64,000 nucleotides of DNA from Mobula hypostoma (GCF_963921235.1 NC_086097.1:201874001-201938000); one strand, 5' to 3'; shown: positions 1-14,600, counted from the first letter of the stretch. Notes: generated by a model from the letters alone, not told the origin. Made by a program: numbers and translations.

Positions 1-198
1 GTGCGTGGAATGGGCTGCCGGCAATGGTGGTGGAGGCGGATACGATAGGGTCTTTTGAGAAACTTTTAGATAGGTACATGAAGCTTAGAAAAATAGAGGG
101 CTATGTGGAAGTCTAGTAATTTCTAAGGTAAGGACATGTTCGGCACAACTTTGTAGGCCGAAGGGCCTGTATTGTGCTGTAAGTTTTCTACGTTTCTA
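1..198 (+). mobile_element. CR1 LINE 3' end fragment
   Basis: AWNGLP..VVEAD-type end of ORF2, gaagggcctgtattgtgctgta 3' UTR and ttcta-type tail; similar to 63750-63931. Confidence 0.85.
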
Positions 199-391
199 TT
201 ACTTGATTAATTAACTGATCACGTTGATTTGTAAATTGAAGTGGACTTAACAATTATTTCTAGTCTCCTTAGAATTAAAAAGTAAAAATGGCTAAAGTTG
301 CTGATAATGATTATTATCTCGTGTCTTCTTGGATATCCTTCAGAATCACAGAAGTGACATGAAAGTGTGGGACAGAGACTGGTAAGTTACA

Positions 392-994
392 GTTGGAGGC
401 TACCCAGATGGAATATAAGGTGTTGTTCCTCCAACCCGAGTGTGGCTCCATCTTTACAGTAGAGGAGGCCGTGGATAGACATATCCGAATGGGAAAGGGA
501 CGTGGAATTAAAATGTGTGGCCACTGGGAGATCCTGCTTTGACTTCTCAAACTTCCACTAATGCCCCACCTCCCCCTCGTACCCCATCCGTTAGTTAATT
601 ATATACACACATCTTTTTTTTCTCTCTCCTTTTTCTCCCTCTGTCCCTCTCACTATATCCCTTGCCCATCCTCTGAGTTTTCCCCCCCTCCCCCTTTTCT
701 TTCTCCCTAGGCATCCTGTGCCATAATCCTCTCATATCCCTTTTGCCAATCAGCTATCCAGCTCTTGGCTCCATCCCTCCCCCTCCTGTCTTCTCCTATC
801 ATTTTGGATCTCCCCCTCCTCCTCCCACTTTTAAATCTCTTACTAGCTCTTCCTTCAGTTAGTCCGGACGAAGGGTCTCGGTCCAAAACGTCGACTGTAC
901 CTCTTCCAAGAGATGCTGCCTGGCCTGCTGCGTTCACCAGCAACTTTGATGTATGTTGCTTGAATTTCCAGCATCTGCAGCTTTCCTCGTGTTT
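392..994 (+). mobile_element. Penelope-like element 3' fragment with 5' inversion (392-540 inverted, 541-994 forward)
   Basis: 392-540 matches the GIY-YIG end of the 26536-29352 element; 541-994 matches its stop codon, 3' UTR and terminal repeat in the opposite orientation. Confidence 0.9.
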
Positions 995-2049
995 AGATTT
1001 GTGCCAATTGGTTCAACAACTGAATGGCTGAAGGGCAACAGCTGCTCTTGAACCCAATGGTGTTTAAACACATCTTAAAGCAAATAATTTCTCTGACTAA
1101 ACTTCCATGGATGGTGTCAAAGTGTCATGAAGCAGCCACTGTGCTTGTGTTCTGTTTGTGGTATAAGAGTTCTGGTATAGTCTGGGCCAGACTCCCTCAT
1201 CCAATCCTTTGTAAATATGAAGTCATCCAGAACTTAGACATCCAAGGCCCAACATTCTATCAGTCATGTACATGCTGACTTGCATGCTCTTGGAGTATTG
1301 CCTTAATTTTGAAATCTGTCCCTGGTCATATTTCTTTATAACATCCAGTTACAGCTCTTTGAGATACCTGCAGTCCCCCAAATCCCGCCTCAATTATACT
1401 TGAAACTGAAAGCCAGAACTGGAGGACACAGCTGAACCATTCACCTTTATCTTCACTAGAAGTGCTAAATGGATGATCCACGACAGCTTCTTTCTCAGCT
1501 CTTTACCATCAACATTATGAAACAGCTGAGACCATTCAGTAGAGTAGGAACCCAACAGTATGTTGATTGTGGTACTGAAGTCATGCATTCCAGAACTAAC
1601 TACATGTTGAACTAGCTTGTTCCAATACAACTATGTACAGCCATATAGAAAATCATTCAACCATAGCTATTAAGAAAGCAAATCCAATCAAGTTGATCGA
1701 CCAATTACCTGTTCACTGATGCTCAGTTATTGATTTCACAAGAGCTGAATTCAAAAGGTTAAGTTAGAATGATTGACCATTATATCAAAGAAGCATTTGA
1801 CTGATTATTCCTGATAAGCCCTGAAAAAACTTCAGTGAAAAGACTTCAGTGAGTGAGAGAAAGAACTTCTCTGGTTAGAGTCATGACTCTCTCTGTCTAA
1901 GCCCAAAAATCTACTGCTGTTTCAATAATGGTTTTCCCTTAATCATAATCATGAGAAGCAATGATGTTTGCAAATAATGGCACAACTTTCTTTGTTCTCA
2001 ACTAATTTGCATCTCAAAAAGTGAAATGCTTACGTGCAGCAAAATCTAG

Positions 2050-2375
2050 ACATTGGTAAATTGATATATTACTGTCACATGTACCAAGGCATAGTGAAAA
2101 CTTGCCTTGCATACTGTCCATACAGATCAATTCATTACAACAGTGCATTGAAGTAGGACAAGGTGAAACAATAACACAGTGCAGAATAAAGGGTTACAGT
2201 TACAGAGAAAGTGCAGTGAAGATAGTTCAAAGTTCAAAGTAAAACTTATTATCAGAGTACATTCATAGCACCACATACAACGCTGAGATTCTTTTACGCA
2301 GTAAGGTGCAAGGTCACAACAAAGTAGATGTGAGGTTGTACTTGCAAAACGTTCAATAGTCTTATAACAGCATTT
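2050..2375 (-). mobile_element. Rex1/Babar-type LINE 3' tail remnants
   Basis: Similar to the tail at 31585-31820; includes a gttcaaagttcaaagt tail repeat. Confidence 0.55.
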
Positions 2376-2382
2376 ACACATA

Positions 2383-3235
<853 letters not shown>

Positions 3236-3879
3236 GTGAGCCCATCCAGCTGTCCAATTTAGGTCTACATCTCAAACGATTTCCACATAATCCTGAAAAT
3301 TTGTTCTTTTCACACACATACCTGGTTGCCTAGAAAAAAGCTCTTCTAAATGCTACCCTGGTTGGAGTGGATCTCGATCTTTACAACTCACGTTGTGTCA
3401 GCAGTATACGTTGACTTGCTGCCATTATTTTAGGTCCACAATTTCTACTGTCTTATTTATCATAGGAAAGTTACTCCCTTCCTGCTATGTAAAAAAAAAC
3501 TTCTCATAATTTTGAAGACAATTATTTGATACCTCTTTAACATCAATGTTCTAAGATGAACACTTACAATCTCTCCATACTGAATACTTTTGCACCCACT
3601 TTTATGTCTCTACCCTCCAAAATCAACATAATTTCAGAAGTTATCTGCATAGTTTGTAATCATATAACCTGGACAGTTTAAGACATTGCTGGTGAATCAC
3701 AGCGACTACTTGCTGGTAGCATGCAAAACAAGAAATTATTAATCAGTATTAAGACAGTATTAATCACACCTTCTCTCGCACATGATCACTGCAATCAGCC
3801 TGTAACTTCCTTTTCAAAGTTGAGTTCATGAGCCACCTGTACAACCTGGCATTTTTGCAGTGTGAACTGAAGTCTCCAA

Positions 3880-4510
3880 GGTGCAGTGTCAGTGTGTGTG
3901 TGGGCCGAATGGGGGCAGTGGGGCCCAGGCCCGAGAATGGGGAATGAGCCAATGTTTGGCTATTGCTGGAGTGGACTTGGAGGCAATTTGATGCGGCAGA
4001 ACTGAGGCAAACTGGGCGGAGGCAAAGCAGAGTCAAGCGGTGGGACCCAAGAGTGAGGAAAGACTAGAGATTTGATGAAGTTAAACAGTAGGCCAAATTG
4101 GAAAGGTTAGTTACAGGCCGAATCAAGGCAGCGGGGCCCAGGCCCGAAAGCGTATCAAAGTAGCAGGGCCCAAGGTTTCGACAATGTTAACGCTGGGCCA
4201 GATTGAACAGGTCAGGGCGTCGGGGCTGAGACGAAGGACAGGATGGTTCTGTTCGCTGCTCCGTGAGGTTTACTCATTTCTGCACTGTCCTGAGGCTGTG
4301 GCTCACTGCTGTGAAATTCAGTTCTGAACGTTATTTGCTTACTTTTATTGCTGCACAATTTGTTTTTTTTTGCACATTGTGTGTGAGGATCCTCTTTTTT
4401 AATGGGTCCTATTGGGTTTCTTTGTTTGGTGGCTGCCTGTAAGGAGAAGAATCTCCAGGTCATACATAGTATACAGACTTTGATAATAAATGCACTTTGC
4501 ACTTTGGAAC
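3880..4510 (+). mobile_element. Non-autonomous retroposon: GC-rich body plus Rex1-like tail
   Basis: Repeated gggccca motifs; ends ttgataataaatgcactttgcactttg; no coding motif. Confidence 0.55.
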
Positions 4511-4704
4511 TCCTGAGTTCCAGCTAAAATTACAGGGGAACATAGAACAAGACTCACTTAATTCGCCTTCTACCTTGAAAGTAGTTTCATGAAATAATTA
4601 GTAATCTCAAACTATTCATCTACAGCCAGATAGAGCAATAGTCATGATTTGAACAATACTCCATCTGTGGAGGATTTTAGGAACATCCAAAATTATGTTC
4701 TACA

Positions 4705-4837
4705 GGTCCTGCCAAAGGATCTCGGCCCAAACCGTCGACTGTACTCTTCTCCATAGATGCTGCCTGACATGCTGAGTTCCTCCAGCATTTTGTGTGTGTT
4801 GCTTGGATTTCCAGTATCTGCAGATTTTCTCTTGTTT
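4705..4837 (+). repeat. Solo Penelope pseudo-LTR with degenerate hammerhead
   Basis: gtcctgccaaaggatctcggcccaaaccgtcgactg...gatgctgcctgac...ccagtatctgcaga; homologous to 26536-26674. Confidence 0.85.
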
Positions 4838-4914
4838 CTAAAAAAATTAATGTCCCTCTGATTACAAATCAGCAAATCAATGATAGTAGGAGCCAGACAA
4901 AATTGTGCTGAATA

Positions 4915-5210
4915 AACACGAGAAATTCTACAGATGCTGGAAACCCAAAGCAATAGACACAAAATGCTGTAAGAACTCAGCAGGTTAGAGACCATCTATG
5001 GAAATGAATAAACAGTTGACATTTCGGGCCAAGACCCTTCTTCAGGACTAGAAAGGAGGGGGGAAGATGCGAGCATAAAAAGGTGGGGTTTAGGGAAGGA
5101 GGATAGCTTGAAGATGATAGATGAAGCCAGCTGGGTGGGAAAGGTAAAGGGCTGGAGAAGAAGGAATCTGATAGGAGAAGAGAGTGGACTATAGGAGAAA
5201 GGGAAGGAAC
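4915..5210 (-). repeat. Penelope 3' UTR plus pseudo-LTR fragment, tail-to-tail with 4705-4837
   Basis: Reverse complement of the same terminal repeat; hammerhead core CTGAAGA...GAAA at 5013-5049. Confidence 0.85.
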
Positions 5211-6499
5211 AAGGTACTGCTTCACAACTCTTGAATCCTGCCAGCGTGATGCAGCCTGTCAATCAGTAAGCTGACTGCTAACAATCAGTTTGATGTACTA
5301 AGCATATAAGTAATTATTCAAAGCCAGTGATTTAATAAGACACATGAATAATTAAAACACCAATTGAGAGACATTAAATGATAAGCCTTTTTGTCAGTTT
5401 GCTCTTCTCTATTCTTTCCTTGAAACAGCTGGCGTAAAACCTAGAATTGTTAGTGGATAAATCAGGTGTACACAGTAGGACTTTGAAATTTAAACTCTGT
5501 ACTGCCTTCAGGATTCACGTTATCTTGTTTAAAAAAATGGCTGGCCTCAATAAGATTATTGTGATCAATTGACTAAGAAAAGTAATTGCAGATAATTTAA
5601 ACAAAAATGCCTTACTCATCTTGGGAATACTTTGAATTATGAACATAATACATCCATCACAATATATTTGGTACAGCATCTCACCACTTATAATTGTATT
5701 TCAAATTTGGTAGAATTTCATTGGCAATTGGTACACTAACTCATTACTGTATCCCAAATCTCAAAGTTCAATGTAAATTTATTATTAAGGGATGTATTTG
5801 TTTTCATTTTCTTGCAGGCATTTACAAGAAAAAGGAAATATAAAATAACTTAGTGAAAACTATAAATAAACAGACAAAACTGACAGACAACCAATGTGCA
5901 AAAGAAGACAAATCGTGCAAATAAATATACTGAATGCATGAGTTGTAAAGAGGCCTTGAATGTTAGTCTGTAACTCATTGAATCAGTTCAGAATAGTGGT
6001 GATTGAAATTATCCAAACCAGTTCAGGAGACTGAACTGACACCTGACATCGAAGATAATAGATTATAATAGTCTTAACCTTTAAGAACACATCTTGAAAT
6101 TGTTTCTCCTTCAACATTTAGAATTTCAATTTTACCCTAGGTTTGTTAATAGCTCTATCAGAGAAAAGCCTGACTTGTATCTGAAAATTCATCCTTAAGA
6201 CGACAAGAAAGCCAGTACATTCAGATCATTTTGGAAGTCTGGTGCAAATACAACTAACATATAAGTCTTAATACTTAATAATAAGGTGCATGCACAATAC
6301 ATGAATAACCTTCATTCTTATGCATTGCCACAGATTCAAGACTAGCTGGCTTTTACTCCAGCCTCTCAAAGTAATGAAGCCAATGTCAGGGCCACAGACT
6401 TTCCACATTTGGGCAGGAGATGCCTGAAATGTAGCAGGTGGAGCAGCCTGTCAGATAGTGTGCTTCTTCCATTTATGCAATCTTCTGATTGATCCTATT

Positions 6500-6945
6500 A
6501 CAAGTTCTCAATAACATGCCAAATTTTTTTCTCCATTTTGAGCAGTTCAGAGCCAAGGATTTCTGAGAGTCAGTGGGATGCTGCAAATTACAAGGAGGAT
6601 TTGGACACATCCTTCAATCTCTTCTGCTGTCCACTTACTAATTTCTTCCCATGACAAAGCTTCAAACAGGGCGATGGTGCAGAACGGTATGTGCTTCTGT
6701 CCAGTGAAGCTGAATGAGTGCAACTACAGTCTCAGTAATACGGATATTGACATAATTGAGAACATTGGTGTTGAAATGCTTTTTCTTCCAGTGAGGTTGG
6801 AACATTTTGAGGAGACAGCAGTGATGGTATTTTCTGAGTGTCTTAATGTGCCTGTTGTATACAATCCAGCTTTCCAGAATCACTGCTGATGGTAGAACAT
6901 GCATTTTGTGCCAAGAACACACCTAAAAGTACCGTCAAGCATCCA
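6500..6945 (-). mobile_element. Old RTE-clade LINE 3' fragment
   Basis: ORF 6662-6922 ESWIVYNRHIKTLRKYHHCCLLKMFQPHW...NTNVL...QLHW resembles the RTE C-terminal region. Confidence 0.7.
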
Positions 6946-7973
6946 GAAAGGCTTTTGTAGAATAGGGATATAATAGTTCTGAGAAGCTACTGGGTTGATA
7001 ATTTACTTTGCTGTTCCATTTCAAAGCAAACTCTGCAATTTCCTGAGTACTCTTTCACTTACAAAATGTAAATATCAGATCAAATAATATTTAGTACTGC
7101 TTATGAGATGTTTTACTGGATAATACAAATAAATCTCCAGGAGTGTGTTGAGCTGGCAACCTCTCCTCCAGTGGTTAGCAACAAGGAACAGATTTGAGAC
7201 AATTTCTCCACACTATTTCTAAATTCACCCAGACCAATAAGGGCACACAATTCGCAGTCAACTGAGATTACAGAAGTAAACCTGGCAACTCCCTCCTTGA
7301 AATGCTGACTATATAAACTAACTGAGATATTTAGCAGATGATGCTAATAAGAAAATTACCTTTGTGTTTGCAATGAACCACTTCATTCTATTGTATCAAC
7401 ACATAGCCACACTACATGAAAAGCAGACATACCAGATGTTATGACACTCAACAGCTTTGTCCTATAGAGAGCGTGAACGAGATACTCCAAATCAGACGTT
7501 ATAGTGAAAATAATCACCCACACAAATGTCTAGGAAATTGCATGTACATTATGGTATAAATGCCATAAAAACAGTAGTGTTATATTGATAATTGGTATTA
7601 TATGGACAATTGTATTACGTGGACATATTCGAAAATTTGCCAAGACCAATCTGTAACATAAACTACATTTCTTTATTTTTTCTTTTAATAATCAATATTG
7701 CTTCTTCAAAGTTTCTATAAAAAGTACATTATTACTGGACAATGAAATATTAATTATACTATTATCAAACAGTCTGCATAACATTATAGTTACAGTATAT
7801 TGAAAAAAGTGTTGAAAAATACAATGCTTTTCTGATGAATGTCATTTTTTCAATGGCTGCTGTAGGATGATTTTTCTGTACTTGCAACATATATGCTAAG
7901 CAATTGCAGTTTCAAATTCTACAAATGAAAATTATTGTAACATCTTATGATTTCTTACCTTATAATTTCTTAC

Positions 7974-8278
7974 CTTATTTCCCAAATCTTTTGAATCTCG
8001 TTCCATTTTAATTTCAGTAACTGTATATTTGATGCGGCTTCTTCTTCCATTACTGCTGTTATCTGTGCCATAGTCTGGTGTTACCTGAACTGATAGAGGA
8101 CTGTCACTCAGGTTTATTGGTTGCTCATCATGGCCAGCAGGGTGGTCTGGATGGGTTGAGCCATTGCCATTAATGTCTCCCATGCTTGTATACATTGCCC
8201 CACAGAGACCTCCCTCCGCAGCATTAGAATTAAGCACCAAGGGCTCATTGCCATTGAAACATTCCACAGATGAATCTT
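7974..8278 (-). CDS. NOL4L: Internal coding exon of a NOL4/NOL4L (nucleolar protein 4 family) gene; paralog assignment tentative
   Basis: Acceptor gtttttctttttacag|AA (phase 1), donor AAG|gtaaga (phase 0), 305 nt open. The peptide DSSVECFNGNEPL...MGDINGNG...DEQPINLSDSPLSVQVT...RSRIKY...KMERDSKDLGNK matches, from memory, NOL4 (FNGNE, DEQPLNLSDSPLS, KMERE) and NOL4L (NGNG, QPINL, RSRVKY). Confidence 0.85.
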
Positions 8279-11200
8279 CTGTAAAAAGAAAAACGCCAGA
8301 ACTTAGGGCATATCTACTTGACTGAACCAACATCATATTTCATAGCATGAGCAGAACTGTTTACTCTTCAATGGAGCACAATAAAAAGTGATCATGCCAT
8401 CCAAAATTCATAATTTTCCTTCCACATCCTTTATACATTTGGCATGTTAATATACAGTACCAACTGGACATGTTTAAAAATGTGTAGCTGCACGCAGAAG
8501 CAGACCTTTACATCAATTGTACAGCCTACTAGCTAAAGTAATGCCCACAGCAAATGGTGCATCTTAATTAAATTTAACCAGTAAGATCATCTATTATTAC
8601 GGATATTTTCAACAGTTTTTAATAAGAATTCCTACTCAGAAGGTAAAATCTTCTGACTTCATGTTAGCTCAGTAACCAATATGATGAGCTACATAGCCTA
8701 TCTTGATTGTTAATGCACCAAAAATAGCTCAGCTCTAAGTAACCTCACTAGTTTGCATTCTAAAAAATGATAAAGGAATTAATGTTGTAGTGAAATAGAA
8801 ATAACTGAAGCAACATATTTTGCACTAATGTTATAATCTATTCTGTTACCACTGAGTTACTGAAGATCACAAACACCGTTTCTTGAGAGGTTTTCATTTT
8901 GCATAGATTTTACAATGACAGTTCTTGAAACAAGATTTCATAGGCCTTAGCATAAAATTACAGTAGTTAAATACTTGCCCGTAACAAATCTTTGTGTGCA
9001 TTAGAAGTGCATAGGATGTCTTTAGCTTGGTGTTGGGCTGAGCAGGAATTGTGTAACTTTGTACGGGCTACATGCCACTTCTTGGACAATACATTCTCGT
9101 CCTTTAGAAGCATCACTGCCTTTATAATGTGAATATGTGATTTTTGAAACTGCAGTGTCAAACTTTACCTTAATATACTTTATATCAACTCTGAAAGAAA
9201 TTACTGTAAAATTAACCTGAAGAAGAATAATGCTAAATTTTGTTACTTGTAAAAGCTGTGTATAATTGTGGAGTTACTGCCTATATCTCTGATTCAAATT
9301 CCAAAACATTAACAAATTATTAGTTGTTACTTAGATCCAGCAGGTGGCTAATCAGAAGATATACTGTAGAGTCCAATCCTTAGAATCTAAGAAATAAGCC
9401 AATATATTATTTAATAAATCTGGAATCTTATGTGATTAGTTATTATTATATCAATGATATGGGCTGTACTACATTTGTTATAAAAATCTCAATCTTGCAA
9501 TGACAGAAAGAAATTGTAAATTTAAAAAAATTAGCATTAATGACAATAAGATGGTAACACTCAAAAATTGAGGCTGATTTGGTTTGAAAGAAATTGCTTT
9601 TGCATCAGCTGTTAACTATAGGCAAAATCCCAGCAGCAATGTCATTGCTAGGTCCATGTGCACTTGCAGCTGTGTAGTGGAAGATTGTTAAAACATCCTA
9701 CACATGATCTCCTCAGCTAATAACTCATGAAAGATCAATTCCCTGAAATGTTAAAGTCATAAAGTACCTCATTCCACAAAGAGCATTAACATTCACTAAA
9801 AATTCTGTGATACCGTATTACCTCAAGTTGGATTCAATAATGCCATTCTGAATCTGATACTAAATTTACATCAAACCAGCAAAGATAGCCTTGATTACCG
9901 GTGATACTGTCAGTAGAAAATTGGTGAAACCTGCATAAACACAGCAGAGAGAATTTTGTACTTATCTGAAGTGAAGACCCTTCAGCTGAACATGCATACA
10001 GCTGATAATTTAACAGCGGACGTTTATTGCTCTGAGGCAGGAAGAAGAACTAGAAGTTATTTGAGCTCCTCAAACACCTGTGCATGTGCAAAAGGACTTA
10101 GCTGGTTTGTGCCAGTAGACAATTTTGAATAAATAGCTTCTTAGTAGAATTGAGCTACTGTTGCAGGGAACACTTTTGACAGCTGAGGGATGTTTACCTA
10201 GAAATTGGACATATTCACACACATTGTTACCTGCAAATCCTGTGCTAGTGTGACCACTGGGAAGTTGGCCCAGTTGCAACTCACCTCAGCGGGGCAATTG
10301 ACATCATAGTTTGCACAGCAGATGTTCCTTCCATGGTTGATAGCAATTGAACCTTTTGGAGGAAACTTATGACCTTCACTGTTCACATACTAAAATTGCC
10401 AGGAGCATATTGCTCAGCATTCAGGAATAAGATTGCACTTAAAATATCACATCAAACACATGGGATCTATCAGCCTCACTTTTCATTAGCCAGCATGAAA
10501 TAATTCACTAACGGTCCTTCACTGATCCATGCCTCAGAAACCATTAGCGCTGAATTACATAGTTCTTCATTCAGTCCTCACCTTAGTGTCTAAGGGTCAC
10601 TCATTACACAGCAGCTGATCACTGGAAGACTACAAGACACACTGAGAGGAGCATATCTGTTCTCTATACCCCTGCATTTTTCCTCACTTCCATGGCAGCT
10701 TTCACAATGCTGAAACTTACACAGTGCTTACTCATTCTCTAGCACTTAGAACAAGAGTGAATCAGCAGCTACGAGCTCCGTATAGAATTCCCAACAGGTT
10801 AGTCAAAGGAATCCCATCTTATTGCATGAATCCATGTGCTAAATTACCTTAAACAGTTCTGGACAATTTCCAGATCAGATGCAGCAATAATGCAGCATTA
10901 ATGCAATATACTGTGCATATTAGGACACTAAAAGAAAGAACTCTGAATTCCAGGCTATTGTATTTTCAAGGTTATAATGCGTCATCCTGAAAGACCCCAG
11001 ACCTGAAGTAACCCAGAGTTATCAGAACCCTAATTACATTCATAAAATACACGAGACACAGAAACAAATTCAAAGAATCCGCAAATATGCAATAGTAAAA
11101 TCACTTCAATGCATTATTTTACATCAATAGTCTTTGGCAATAACTTTAGCTGAGCAATAATTCAGTGCAGAAGCAAACAGCCCACAATACACCAACTAAT

Positions 11201-11679
11201 ATTGTTCTGCTACATTTACACAACAGTGCACAAAACTCATAAGGTCCCAAACCTGGTGAGAGAAATTACTAACCTAAATTTGTATCTTTAACTGCATTCA
11301 GAAGGAGGTAAGAACTAAGCTGGTGATGCTGCTACAGCTGAAACAAAACTAACACGTTTTGAAAGCATTTCATCTTGCTTGGGAAACAGCTTCAGATTAT
11401 TTTCTCAGAATATGTTCATTTACACAAAATATTGAAAGGGTTCAGGAATAAGGTGACAATACAACAACCTACATACTGTACAGCACCTCCCAACCTCACT
11501 TTTCAATAGCTAGCATTATGTTGGGTAATTCACTAAGGCTTCTTTACTAATCTCTATTTAGTTATTTTAAGTAATCTCTGGTCTCCTAGTTAAACCACTC
11601 AAAACAAGATATGATCAGGTCAATTCACCGCATTCGGAAGAACCATTAAAATTAAGTTCACAATAAATGGAGCCAAAAA

Positions 11680-14600
11680 CCATAAGACAAAGGAGCAGAA
11701 GTCAGCCATTTGGCCCATCGAGTCTGCTCCGCCATTTTATCATGAGCTGATCCATTCTCCCATTTCGTCCCACTCCCCTGCCTTCTCACCATAACCTTTG
11801 ATGCCCTGGCTACTCAGATACCTATCAATCTCGGCCTTAAATACTCCCAATGACTTGACCTCCACTGCCGCCCATGGCAACAAATTCCATAGATTCACCA
11901 CACTCCGGCTAAAAAAATTTCTTCGCATTTCTGTTATGAATGGGCACCCTTCAATCGTTAAGTCACGCCCTCTCATACTAGACTCCCCCATCATGGGAAA
12001 CAACTTTGCCACATCCACTCTGTCCATGCCTTTCAACATTCAAAATGTTTCTATGAGGTCCCCCCTCAATCTTCTAAACTCCAAGGAATACAGTCCAAAT
12101 GAGGACAAATGTTCCTCATATGTTAACCCTCTCATTCCTGGAATCATTCCAGTGAATCTTTTCTGTACCCTCTCCAACGTCAGCACATCCTTTCCTAAAT
12201 AAGGAGACCAAAACTGCCCACAGTACTCCAAGTAAGGTCTTACCAGTGCCTTATAGAGCCTCAACATCACATCCCTACTCCTATACTCTATTCCTCTAGA
12301 AATGAATGCCAACATTGCATTCGTCTTCCTCACTACCGACTCAACCTGGAGGTTAACCTTAAGGGTATCCTGCACAAGGACTCCCAAGTCCTGTTGCATC
12401 TCTGAACTTTGAATTCTCCCCATTTAAATAATAGTCTGCCTGTTTATTTCTTCTGCCAAAGTGCATAACCATACACTTTCCAACATTGTATTTCATTTGC
12501 CATTTCTTTGCCCATTCTTCCAATCTATCCAAGTCTCTCTGCAGACTCTCTGTTTCCTCAGCACTACCGGCCCCTCCACCTATCTTCGTATCGTCAGCAA
12601 ACTTAGCCACAGAGCCATCTATTCCATAATCCAAATCGTTGATGTACAACATAAAAAGAAGGGGCCCCAACATGAACCCCTGTGGAACACCACTGGTAAC
12701 CGGCAGCCAACCAGAATAGGATCCCTTTATTCCCACTCTCTGTTTCCTGCCAATCAGCCAATGCCCTATCCACGTATGTAACTTCCCCGTAATTCCATGG
12801 GCTCTTATCTTGTTAAGCAGCCTTACGTGTGGCACCTTGTCAAAGGCCTTCTGAAAATCCAAATATACAACATCCACTGCATCTCCCTTATCTAGCCTAC
12901 TCATAATTTCCTCAAAAAATTGTAATAGGTTTGCCAGGCAGGATTTTCCTTTAAGGAAACCATGCTGAGTTCTGCCTATCTTGTCATATGCCTCAAGGTA
13001 CTCCGTAACCTCATCCTTGATAATCGACTCCAACAACTTCCCAACCACCGAAATCAAGTTAACAGGTCTATAATTTCCTTTTTGCTTCCTTGCCCCCTTC
13101 TTAAATAGCGGAGTGACATTTGCAATCTTCCAGACCTCCGGAACCATGCCAGAATCTATCGACTTTTGAAAGATCATTGCTAATGCCTCCACAATCCCCA
13201 CAGCTACTTCCTTCAGAACACGAGGGTACATTCCATCTGGTCCGGGAGATTTAACTACCCTTAGACTACTCAGTTTCCTGAGTACTTTTTCTGTCGTAAT
13301 TGTGACTGCGCACACTTCTCTTCCCTGACACCCTTGAGTGTCCAGTGTACTGCTGATGTCTTCCTCAGTGAAGACTGATGCAAAATACTGGTTCAGTTCC
13401 TCCGCCATCTCCTTATCTCCCATTACAATTTCTCCAGCATCATTTTCTATCGGTCCCATATCTACTCTCACCTATCTTTTACTCTTTATACACTTGAAAA
13501 ACTTTTAGTATCCTCTTTGATATTATTTGCCATCTTCCTTTCATAGTTCATCTTTTCCCTCTTAGTAACCTTCTTAGTTTCCTTTTGTAAGGTTTTAAAA
13601 ACTTTTCCCAATCCTCTGTCTTCCTACTAATTTTTGCTTCCTTGTATGCCCTCTCCTTTGCTTTAACTTTGGCTTTGACTTCTCTTGTCAGCCATGTTGC
13701 ATCCTTTTTCCATTCGAAAATTTCTTCTTTTTTGGAATATATATGTCTTACACCTTCCTTACTTCTCACATAAACTCCAGCCACTGCTGCTCTGCCGTCC
13801 TTCCCACCAGTGTCTCTTTCCAGTCAACTTTGGCCAGTTCCTCTCTCATGCCACTGCAATTTCCTTTATTCCACTGAAATACCGACACATCAGATTTTGG
13901 CTTCTCTTTCTCAAATTTCACAGTGAACTCAATCATGTTATGATCACTGCCTCCTAAGGGTTCCTTCACCTCAATCTCTCTAATCACCTCCGGTTCATTA
14001 CACAATACCCAATCCAGTACAGTCGATCCCCTAGTGGGCTCAACAACAAGCTGTTCTAAAAAGCCATCTCGCAGACATTCTACAAATTCTCTCTCTTGAG
14101 ATCCAGTGTTGATCTGATTTTCCCAATCCACTCGCATGTTAAAATCCCCCACAATTATCATGACACTGCTCTTCTGACAAGCCTTTTCTATTTCCTGTTG
14201 TAATTTGTAGTCCACATCACTGCAGCTGTTTGGAGGCCTGTATATAACTGCTATCAGGGTCCTTTTACCCCTGCAATTTCTTAGCTGAACCCACAAAGAT
14301 TCTGCACCTTCCGATCCTATGTCACCTCTTTCTAATGATTTGATATAATTTCTTACCAATAAAGCCACGCCACCCCCTCTGTCTACCTGCCTATCCTTCC
14401 GATACACAGTGTATCCTTGAACGTTCAGCTCCCAGAGACATGCATCCTTTAGTCACGTCTCAGTGATGGCCATAATATTATAACTGCCAATCTGTAGCTG
14501 TACGACAAGATCATCCACCTTATTCCTTATGCTGCGTGCATTTAAGTATAACACCTTAAGACCAGTATTTGGTACTTTTTGCTTTGATTGCACTGCAACT

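Noticed and set aside
6578..6889. 103-aa plus-strand ORF
   Set aside because: Antisense to an RTE LINE remnant.
7932..8336. 134-aa ORF as a single-exon gene
   Set aside because: Its ATG and stop lie outside strong splice sites; only 7974-8278 resembles NOL4-family protein.
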